Position numbers and translations under genes: made by a program
Part shown: positions 25,042-32,000 of the stretch, piece after piece
How positions within the stretch are numbered: position 1 is the stretch's first letter
Layout of the letters: every line of letters starts with the position of its first letter
The notes under the pieces: model-generated
Told to the model about the DNA's origin: nothing
The model's database searches: none
The model's input: the letters and a program-made list of their open reading frames with translations, nothing else
NCBI GenBank assembly: GCA_021650915.1
Contig: CP091279.1
Location: forward strand, 2,820,001-2,852,000
Length of the DNA: 32,000 nucleotides
From: Candidatus Brocadia sp.
GTDB lineage: Bacteria > Planctomycetota > Brocadiia > Brocadiales > Brocadiaceae
Reading direction: 5' to 3'

Positions 25042-26238
25042 TTACCTTGCCGGGCTGGCCGTCAGGGATGCAGCGAAGTCGTATCCAAAGATGGAACACT
25101 TTTTCAGATCTTCCGCGGTTGGTGTCAAAAGGGCCTTTATGGGCGGCTGGACAATCGTGAGTTTGAGACCCCTCAGCCGTTCTTCCAGGAGTCTTGTTGC
25201 CTCACCGCTCCATCCATAGGCACCAAAAGTGGCACATTTCTTAAGCTTTACGTTGACGCTAAACATGACATTGAGAATGTCCCACAGGGGCTTTAGTGCA
25301 TCGCCATTTATAGTCGACGAGCCCATCAGAATGCCATCGGCAGATTCAATCTCGCATCGCATGGATTCCGGCGATACGGTGGTAGCGTCAAAGAGTTTTA
25401 CCTCGGTATTTACCGTAGTGGCACCCTTTGCGACTGCCTCGGCCATCTTTCTCGTATTTCCGTACATTGATGCATAAAAGACCAAAATCAGTTTTTTGTA
25501 AGGGTCTTTTCTTGCCGTGCTCCAGTCTTTATAGGCATGAATGTATTTCCAGGGATCCGTCCGCAGGATGGGGCCGTGACTTGGGGCAATGAGGCGAATA
25601 TCCATGTCTTTTATCTTTTCTATTGCCTCAAGAATCTTTTTCCGATAAGGGCCCATGACGTGCTCAAAATAATAGCGGAAATCTTCCGTAAAGTCATCAA
25701 CCCGGTCATCAAAGAGCCGTTCATCACAAAAATGGGTCGCAAAACCATCACACGGAAAGAGTACGCGATCTTCTGCCAGGTAGGTAAACATCGTATCAGG
25801 CCAATGCCAGTACGGTGCATGGATAAACCGTAATTGCTTATTGCCCAGGCTAATAGTTTCTCCGTCTTCTACCATCCTTCCCTGAACATCCCTGTGTAAA
25901 ATATTTTTCAGAAAGAGGGCTGCCGTCCTTGTGGCCAGGATTTGGGCGTTTGGCGCTTCTTTTAAAAGCATGTCCAGCGCCCCGGTATGATCCATTTCGG
26001 CGTGATTTACCACAATATAGCAAATGTCATTGAGATTAATTAACGACCGGAGTTTTTCAAGATGTTCCTGGGCAAACTTTTCGTGCACACAATCAATGAG
26101 GGTAGGTTTGTCTGCAAGGATAAGATAGGAATTATAAGTGCTCCCAAACCGGGTTTGAAATACCACGTCAAATACCCGGAGGGTTGCATTTAATGCCCCA
26201 ACCCAATGAACGTTTTTGATGATTTCCAAGGTTTGCAT
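25042..26238 (-). CDS. Flavodiiron protein (FprA/ROO-type A-type flavoprotein; O2/NO reductase)
   Basis: Metallo-beta-lactamase-like diiron motif VVNHAEMDHTGAL (H-x-E-x-D-H) and C-terminal flavodoxin domain ILVFYASMYGNTRKMAE...GSSTINGD. The start is set at MQTLEIIKNVHWVG (ATG 26236-26238), the typical FDP N-terminus. The track ORF extends to 26322. Confidence 0.9.
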   Translation of the reverse strand: MQTLEIIKNVHWVGALNATLRVFDVVFQTRFGSTYNSYLILADKPTLIDCVHEKFAQEHLEKLRSLINLNDICYIVVNHAEMDHTGALDMLLKEAPNAQILATRTAALFLKNILHRDVQGRMVEDGETISLGNKQLRFIHAPYWHWPDTMFTYLAEDRVLFPCDGFATHFCDERLFDDRVDDFTEDFRYYFEHVMGPYRKKILEAIEKIKDMDIRLIAPSHGPILRTDPWKYIHAYKDWSTARKDPYKKLILVFYASMYGNTRKMAEAVAKGATTVNTEVKLFDATTVSPESMRCEIESADGILMGSSTINGDALKPLWDILNVMFSVNVKLKKCATFGAYGWSGEATRLLEERLRGLKLTIVQPPIKALLTPTAEDLKKCSIFGYDFAASLTASPAR

Positions 26239-26376
26239 AGGATCGTTATTGCCATATCGGAAATAAGGTTCAGTATGGCAGAAATACCAAACAAGAAATT
26301 CCAGATTTCTCAGCCGTTTCAATGCCGATTTCTTTCATTGAAGCGTATCAGGAATCTGGCGATTGTGATGATGGAT

Positions 26377-26868
26377 TTACACAACAGCCTTCTTCTTTTT
26401 TACAAAATTCATCAATCCCCCGGCTTGAATAATCTCTTGCATCTCCTGGGGAAAAGGTTCGAATTTAAACCGTTTTTTTGAAGTGTTATTCAGGATTTCT
26501 CCGGAGTTAAGGTTGACCTCGATCTCATCTCCTTCCCGGATCTGCTCTGCTGCCTCTGGACATTCAAAAATGGGCAGACCAATGTTAATGGCATTCCGAA
26601 AGAAGATACGGGCAAAGGACTTTGCAATAACACAGGAAATCCGCGCAGCCTTGATGGCAATGGGGGCGTGCTCGCGGGAGGAGCCACACCCAAAATTATC
26701 TCCTGCGACAATAATATCGCCCACGTTAATCTTCTTCATAAAATCCGGATCGGCATCCTCCATACAGTGAGCCGCCAGCTCTTTTGTATCGGTGGTATTT
26801 AGATACCGTGCAGGGATGATTTCATCCGTATTGATGTTGTTTCCGAATTTCCAGCAAGTGCCTTTCAT
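26377..26868 (-). CDS. leuD: Aconitase-family dehydratase small subunit (LeuD type 2 / HacB-like)
   Basis: 163 aa. Motifs NINTDEIIPARYL, GDNFGCGSSREHAP and ARIFFRNAINIGLP. AAGGA lies 5 nt upstream of the ATG. Confidence 0.85.
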   Translation of the reverse strand: MKGTCWKFGNNINTDEIIPARYLNTTDTKELAAHCMEDADPDFMKKINVGDIIVAGDNFGCGSSREHAPIAIKAARISCVIAKSFARIFFRNAINIGLPIFECPEAAEQIREGDEIEVNLNSGEILNNTSKKRFKFEPFPQEMQEIIQAGGLMNFVKKKKAVV

Positions 26869-26912
26869 CGTATCCTTATGGTATCGTGTTGATACACATC
26901 CTCTTTTGTCCT

Positions 26913-29900
26913 TTATCTTTCCCTTCCTGCTACCAATTCCCGAGTGCTTTCAGCGCCTTTTTGTCTATAGCTTGTTGCCACATGTTTTTTGTGCAACCTG
27001 CCTTCCATCCTTTGATATGCCTGGTGCATAAAAGCCTCCAGCCGGGTTTCCTCGTTTGACTGCTCCTGGCCGTCAAATGACAACTTGAGACACGGCATGC
27101 CGTAAAAATCTTTTTGAAACCTTTCAAGCACGCCATTGACCACCGTCCCCGGCATGCAGTGAAAGGGAAGAACGTTGATCAAGCCGTCAAATCCTTCCTC
27201 AACATACTCAATTGCCTTGCCTAAACTGAGTACCGGATCGCCTTTGTAAGAATCGTCGATATACGCTTTCCCCTTTTTGATAAGCTCTTTAATTGATGCC
27301 TCTTTCGGGAAATGCCTGATGCTTCCCTTAAACACCTTTGTGAGCTTATAGGCATCATATCTCTGAACAACATCTGAAATGATTTCACCAAAAAGTCCCT
27401 TATAATCCTTTTCAAAGCGACATGATTCCCTACGACAGTGTGCAATATAATTAATCCATTCAGAAAAAGGCGGGATAAATGCCTCTCCTCCCAACTTTTC
27501 GATGCTTCTGGCAAGAAAATTGTTTGCAAACTCATTGCATCGGACATAGGTCTCCCCAATGATTCCGATTAATGGCCTGGGCTTGCTCCGGTCTATCTTT
27601 ATCTTTGCAAACGCACGGTTGGCCTCGCGGGCAAATTCGACTAAATTCTGATGTTTTTCAAGCGCAACTTCAGCCTTTTCCAAATACTTATCATAGAGGG
27701 CGTCTGTTTCCCCTTTGTGCAATTCATAAGGTCTTGTCTCTCTCTGTAATTTTTGCAGAAGATCAGTATACATAATGCCATTCCATGCCAGTTTACGAAA
27801 ATGGGTGCCGAGGTTTTTCGTATCTTCATCATAGTTCTCTCCCTGATCCATGGTATAGAGAGGCACATGGGGAAGTCCAAGATCATCGAGCACCATCCGT
27901 TGAAATTTATTGTACTGACCAAACCGGCAGGGGCCGGATGCCGTGGCCATAAAGAAGGCGCTTGCCTCGGGGTCAAAATCAGGGCTCATCGCCTTTTTCA
28001 CGATATCTCCGGTGGTAAGAATCGCCGGGTAACATTCCTTCCCTGAAGTGAATTTTCGTCCAATATCCACCGACTGTTTATTTGCCATGGGCAATGCCTC
28101 CGCCAGCACCCCGTTAGCCCTCATGGAGGCAGCAATCATCTTGCCGTGGTCACACATATAGGGGATGTATATCGTGCGTTTCTTTTTCTCTGCCAAGGTG
28201 CGAATTGGCACATCGTCTCTCAATTTTTTTCGTTCAACAGACGGTTTGACATTTTTCAGACTGTCAATGAATGCCTCGCACCGGGTGATCGCCCCAACAT
28301 CTGAACTATGCTCGTCAATCTCTATGGTTAAACAGGGTTTCCCGCCAAGTTCCTTGGCAAAGAACTTGGATATAAAGGAGTCCGGACCACAGCCGAAATT
28401 CGTGATGTATAACGGATAGAGTCTCTTGTCTCTTGCTATTATCCTGGCTGCAGCGAGGAATTTTTGCCCGGTCTTCCAGTACATATTCGGGTAATCCTGG
28501 GCTACCTCTTCGATATCCAGCGTCAGAAAGTCAAGCGGGATGGTCAGGATGCCCAAATCGCGCAATTTTTCCGGAAGCCCCAGGTTCATGCCCGTATCGC
28601 AGCCGTTATAGGACCGGCTGATCAGCACAAAGGCCTTTTCATTTTCCCCTAATTTTTCCAGAATCTCCCTTCCCCTTACTTCAAGTGTTTTGTTGAAAGT
28701 CTGCAGCGCCTCATGTGCAGACCTTATGGCCGTTTCAGCAACTGCCCCCGTTCTTCCCATGCTCCTTGCAAGGTCACGCAGGGTTTTATTAAGATACTCT
28801 TCCCCGTATTCAAAATGGATGACGGGCGACAACACCTCAAACTTCTTTTCCGTAAAATCGATTGCCGAACGGACAAGATACGGTATGCACTGTACATACG
28901 GACACGCATATGAGTGCGTAAGTTTCTGGCTGCTGTGCGTTAAATTAATCACGCTGGGCAGGAACAGATAATCAATATTCCGTTCAAGCATATCGATGAC
29001 ATGGCCGTGCGCAACCTTGATGGGAAAGCAGGTTTCTGCGGTAATCACTTCCACCCCGTTATAGATAATGTCCTTATTGGTATCGCTGGATGTAATTACC
29101 TCAAAACCGAGTTCGGTGAAGAATGCCTTCCACATCGGGTAGAAATCGTAAAAAGTGGAAACCTGCGGTATCCCGACCTTTTTCCCAACTGGTTGATCGG
29201 GTTTGTTTTTCTTGTAGGTATTGAACAGGGAGTCCTTCCTCTCGCGAAAGAGTCTGGGGAGGTGCTTTCCCTTTTTCAGCGTCCTTTCATCATCAAATTT
29301 ACCGCAGCGGCTTCCATAATGGAGTGGGTTTTCTCCATCGATGGTAACCTTTCTGATCTCGCATATATTTGAACAGTCCTTGCAAACAAAGGAAGACAGT
29401 TCATACCGCTTATGCCGGAGGTCAAAACCCTTGAAGCGCGATTTTTCCCACGTCCTTTCCTCCATGGCAATAATCGCAGACCCGATGGCGCCCATGATGT
29501 CGTGATGGGGCGGAACCATGATCGTTTTCCCGGTTACCTTTTCAAATGCAGCTTTTACCCCTCGATTGGCGGCCACTCCTCCCTGAAAGAAAATGGTGTT
29601 TCCGATTTTTCTGTCTTCTACGACCCGGTTAATAAAGTTTAACACAACGGAATAGCTTAGTCCTGCAAGCAGGTCATCTTTGGCCGTCCCGCGCTGCTGA
29701 TGATGGTTCAGGTCGGATTCCATAAATACGGTGCAACGCTCGCCAAGATGAGAAGGGCAGCATGACGAAAGCGCGCGTTTGCTGAATTCCCCTTTGATGC
29801 TCACGCTCAGCTTTTCTGCCTGCTCTTCCAGAAATGAGCCGGTTCCTGCGGCGCACACTTTATTCATGGCAAAGTCCACGATCGCCCCGTTTTCCAGACG

Positions 29901-31187
29901 GATAAACTTGGAATCCTGTCCGCCGATCTCAAAGATGGTGTCTACGCTCTTGTCTACCGTTGCAGCGGCGGTTGCATGGGCGGTAATTTCATTTTTCGCT
30001 ATATCAGCGCCAATAAAATCCCCCGTTAAGTAGCGCCCTGAACCTGTCGTTCCTGCGCCACAGATGATCACCTTGTCTCCCACTTCCAGACCAACCTCAT
30101 ACAACCCTTGTTTTACGGCCTCAAGCGGTCTTCCTGCAGTCATAAGATAGCGTCTCGCCAGCACATTCTTATGCTTGTCGACCACAACGATGTTGGTGCT
30201 GATCGACCCCACGTCGACTCCCACATATGCCTCAATCTTTTCATCGCCAGCGATCACATGCGTTTTTTCAACAATTTTATAATTATCCGACTGAAGGGGT
30301 TCCAGGTTTGAAGGCTTTGCGCCACGATTTCTTAAATATTCTTCAACCTCTTTTAAACCCCGGAAGGGTGAATGGATGCCTTTGTCGATCAGGGTAAACA
30401 CCGTGCCGATTGCTCCCATAACATTAAAATATTTTGGTATCAGGAGTTCGCCTGGTTTGAGTTCCAGGATATCCTCAAAGGCCTTGATCATACCAACGTT
30501 TGCCGCCACACCACCCTGGAAAACAATGGGCTTGGAAAATTCCTTTCCCTTGCCGATATTGCTCTTGAAATTTCTGGCCATAGCATAACAGAGGCCGGCC
30601 ACGATATCATGCACGGGTGTGCCTTCCTGTTGCAGATGAATCATATCGGTTTTGGCAAAGACACTGCATCGTCCGGCTATCCGGGGAGGGTTTTTAGATT
30701 TTAGCGCAAGATCTCCGAATTCCTTTTCAATAGCAATGCCTAGCCGTGTGGCCTGCTGATCCAAAAATGATCCCGTCCCTGCGGCACACATGGTATTCAT
30801 GGAAAAATCGGAAACCTTGGTTTGCCCTGAGGCTGCATCCCTCTCGATCAGCATAAGCTTTGAGTCTTCACCGCCAATTTCAATGATGGTGTGCACTTCA
30901 GGGTATAAGGTTGTTGTTGCCTGACTATGGGCAACAACCTCGTTGACAAAGGCAATGTTCATTAATTCAGAGACAAGCTTGCCGCCAGAACCGGTAATCG
31001 CTATTCCATCAATATCATCAATATGGGTTCGATTGAAGATGTCTCGTAAGACGAGGATGAGTATTTCTACCGGTTGCCCGTGTGAGCGGACATAGTGATT
31101 TTCCAGAATTTCCTTATGCCCGTTGACCAATACCGCCTTTACGCTTACAGAGCCAATATCAAGTCCTATATATTTTTTCTGAGACAT
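26913..31187 (-). CDS. 1424-aa fusion: two BcrAD/BadFG/HgdC-type activase ATPase domains plus two DUF2229 (dehydratase-component-like) domains
   Basis: ATPase domain 1: YIGLDIGSVSVKAV, NTMCAAGTGSFLDQQA, AGRCSVFAKTD. ATPase domain 2: YVGVDVGSISTNIVVV, NKVCAAGTGSFLEEQA, GERCTVFMESD. The paired Cys are those that ligate the bridging [4Fe-4S] cluster in HgdC-type activases. A Cys-rich linker CKDCSNICEIRKV...GSRCGKFD follows, then a long C-terminal region typical of 'CoA-substrate-specific enzyme activase' fusion proteins. GGAGAAAG lies upstream of the ATG. Confidence 0.9.
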   Translation of the reverse strand: MSQKKYIGLDIGSVSVKAVLVNGHKEILENHYVRSHGQPVEILILVLRDIFNRTHIDDIDGIAITGSGGKLVSELMNIAFVNEVVAHSQATTTLYPEVHTIIEIGGEDSKLMLIERDAASGQTKVSDFSMNTMCAAGTGSFLDQQATRLGIAIEKEFGDLALKSKNPPRIAGRCSVFAKTDMIHLQQEGTPVHDIVAGLCYAMARNFKSNIGKGKEFSKPIVFQGGVAANVGMIKAFEDILELKPGELLIPKYFNVMGAIGTVFTLIDKGIHSPFRGLKEVEEYLRNRGAKPSNLEPLQSDNYKIVEKTHVIAGDEKIEAYVGVDVGSISTNIVVVDKHKNVLARRYLMTAGRPLEAVKQGLYEVGLEVGDKVIICGAGTTGSGRYLTGDFIGADIAKNEITAHATAAATVDKSVDTIFEIGGQDSKFIRLENGAIVDFAMNKVCAAGTGSFLEEQAEKLSVSIKGEFSKRALSSCCPSHLGERCTVFMESDLNHHQQRGTAKDDLLAGLSYSVVLNFINRVVEDRKIGNTIFFQGGVAANRGVKAAFEKVTGKTIMVPPHHDIMGAIGSAIIAMEERTWEKSRFKGFDLRHKRYELSSFVCKDCSNICEIRKVTIDGENPLHYGSRCGKFDDERTLKKGKHLPRLFRERKDSLFNTYKKNKPDQPVGKKVGIPQVSTFYDFYPMWKAFFTELGFEVITSSDTNKDIIYNGVEVITAETCFPIKVAHGHVIDMLERNIDYLFLPSVINLTHSSQKLTHSYACPYVQCIPYLVRSAIDFTEKKFEVLSPVIHFEYGEEYLNKTLRDLARSMGRTGAVAETAIRSAHEALQTFNKTLEVRGREILEKLGENEKAFVLISRSYNGCDTGMNLGLPEKLRDLGILTIPLDFLTLDIEEVAQDYPNMYWKTGQKFLAAARIIARDKRLYPLYITNFGCGPDSFISKFFAKELGGKPCLTIEIDEHSSDVGAITRCEAFIDSLKNVKPSVERKKLRDDVPIRTLAEKKKRTIYIPYMCDHGKMIAASMRANGVLAEALPMANKQSVDIGRKFTSGKECYPAILTTGDIVKKAMSPDFDPEASAFFMATASGPCRFGQYNKFQRMVLDDLGLPHVPLYTMDQGENYDEDTKNLGTHFRKLAWNGIMYTDLLQKLQRETRPYELHKGETDALYDKYLEKAEVALEKHQNLVEFAREANRAFAKIKIDRSKPRPLIGIIGETYVRCNEFANNFLARSIEKLGGEAFIPPFSEWINYIAHCRRESCRFEKDYKGLFGEIISDVVQRYDAYKLTKVFKGSIRHFPKEASIKELIKKGKAYIDDSYKGDPVLSLGKAIEYVEEGFDGLINVLPFHCMPGTVVNGVLERFQKDFYGMPCLKLSFDGQEQSNEETRLEAFMHQAYQRMEGRLHKKHVATSYRQKGAESTRELVAGRER

Positions 31188-31207
31188 GGTTTAACTCGCT
31201 TTCTCCA

Positions 31208-32000
31208 TCAATTCTTCATAATTTCATCCGGTGGCGTAATCTTTCCCGTAATTGCAGACGCAGCCGCAACGGCGGGACTGCAGAGATAAATCTCACTTTT
31301 CGGGTGCCCCATGCGGCCAACAAAATTACGGTTGGTCGTGGAAAGCGCCCGCTCTCCCTCCGCTAAAATTCCCATATGGCCGCCGAGACATGGCCCGCAT
31401 GTTGGGGTAGAGACGACCGCCTCAGCGTCAATAAATATCTCGATTAATCCTTCTTGTATTGCCTGCTTGTAAATTTCCTGAGTTGCTGGGAAAATGATGA
31501 GACGAAGGGCGGGATGCACCTTTTTCCCTTTCAGAAATCTTGCGGCGATTCTGAGGTCTGAAATCCGTCCATTGGTACAAGAGCCGATCACTACCTGATC
31601 AATCTTGATCCCCGAAACCTCTTCCACGGGTTTTGTGTTTTCCGGCAAGCTGGGAAGGGCTACCTGAGGCGAGATTTCATCAGCATGAAATTCATAGGTC
31701 TTTGCGTAGGTGCAGCCGGGATCGCTGTGGTACATGATGGGTTTTCTCCGGAATCTGCTTTTAATATAGTCTTCCGTATTTTTATCGGGGGCGATGATGC
31801 CGCTCTTTGCCCCCGCTTCGATGGCCATATTGCAGATGGCAAAACGATCGTCCATGGGTAAATTTGATATAGCGCTGCCGGTAAACTCCATCGCCTTGTA
31901 GAGGGCGCCATCCACGCCGATCTTCCCAATCGTGTAAAGGATTAAATCCTTCCCGGATGTCCAGTTTTTTACCTTGCCATGAAAAACAAATTTGATCGAT
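31208..32000 (-). CDS. leuC: Aconitase-family dehydratase large subunit (LeuC type 2 / HacA-like), 5'-truncated by window edge
   Basis: [4Fe-4S] ligand motifs [10 protein letters not shown] and [10 protein letters not shown], plus NRNFVGRMG. The frame stays open upstream of the track's GTG (31915) to the window end (..[38 protein letters not shown]..). Confidence 0.88.
   Translation of the reverse strand, partial: SIKFVFHGKVKNWTSGKDLILYTIGKIGVDGALYKAMEFTGSAISNLPMDDRFAICNMAIEAGAKSGIIAPDKNTEDYIKSRFRRKPIMYHSDPGCTYAKTYEFHADEISPQVALPSLPENTKPVEEVSGIKIDQVVIGSCTNGRISDLRIAARFLKGKKVHPALRLIIFPATQEIYKQAIQEGLIEIFIDAEAVVSTPTCGPCLGGHMGILAEGERALSTTNRNFVGRMGHPKSEIYLCSPAVAAASAITGKITPPDEIMKN

Noticed and set aside
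1-32000. CRISPR arrays, rRNA genes, integrase/att sites, toxin-antitoxin pairs, reverse transcriptases
   Set aside because: No short direct repeats with regular unique spacers were noticed by eye. No rRNA-like conserved blocks, recombinase, RT, or compact two-gene TA-like ORF pairs were seen either.

Overview
The window is mostly core housekeeping DNA from an anaerobe-type bacterium. I cannot assign the organism from sequence alone. The gene set (flavodiiron protein, BcrAD/HgdC-type activase, BatA-like membrane protein) fits a Planctomycetota- or Deltaproteobacteria-like anaerobe.

On the minus strand, left to right:
- A stable-RNA cluster: SRP RNA, tRNA-Ser(GGA), tRNA-Ser(CGA), tadA and tRNA-Arg(ACG).
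- radC follows the cluster.

On the plus strand:
- A DUF2284 metal-binding protein.
- A visibly AT-rich two-gene restriction-modification-like island (PD-(D/E)XK nuclease candidate plus NPPW N6-adenine methyltransferase).
- A phasin-like protein plus UbiB kinase, then a large BatA/vWA-like membrane protein.
- The conserved cmk-rpsA block, a sigma-70 factor and apt.

A minus-strand block follows: Zn-ribbon protein, THEP1-like NTPase, DJ-1/PfpI and an MTH1187-family protein. After a plus-strand RluA-family pseudouridine synthase, the remaining genes are on the minus strand:
- A YHS/TRASH-like secreted protein and a transglutaminase-like/TPR protein.
- A polysaccharide locus (priming sugar transferase and GT4 glycosyltransferase).
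- A flavodiiron protein.
- A leuC / 1424-aa double-activase fusion / leuD operon.

The one plus-strand gene among them is a 67-aa hypothetical protein lying between the GT4 gene and the flavodiiron gene.

Observations most worth a second look:
1. The giant BcrAD/HgdC-type double ATPase plus DUF2229 fusion sits tightly between the large and small subunits of an aconitase-family dehydratase.
2. The AT-rich R-M-like island has an unclassified nuclease partner.
3. A complete 1719-bp IS66-family element has GTAA termini and an 8-bp target duplication. It inserted exactly at the overlap of two translationally coupled polysaccharide genes.
4. A 151-bp MITE has perfect 24-bp terminal inverted repeats, GTAA termini and an 8-bp target duplication.
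5. The conserved region 1.2 of the sigma factor lies upstream of any canonical start codon.

No CRISPR array or rRNA was seen. All calls rest on motif recognition by eye and the supplied ORF track. No searches, folds or statistics were run.
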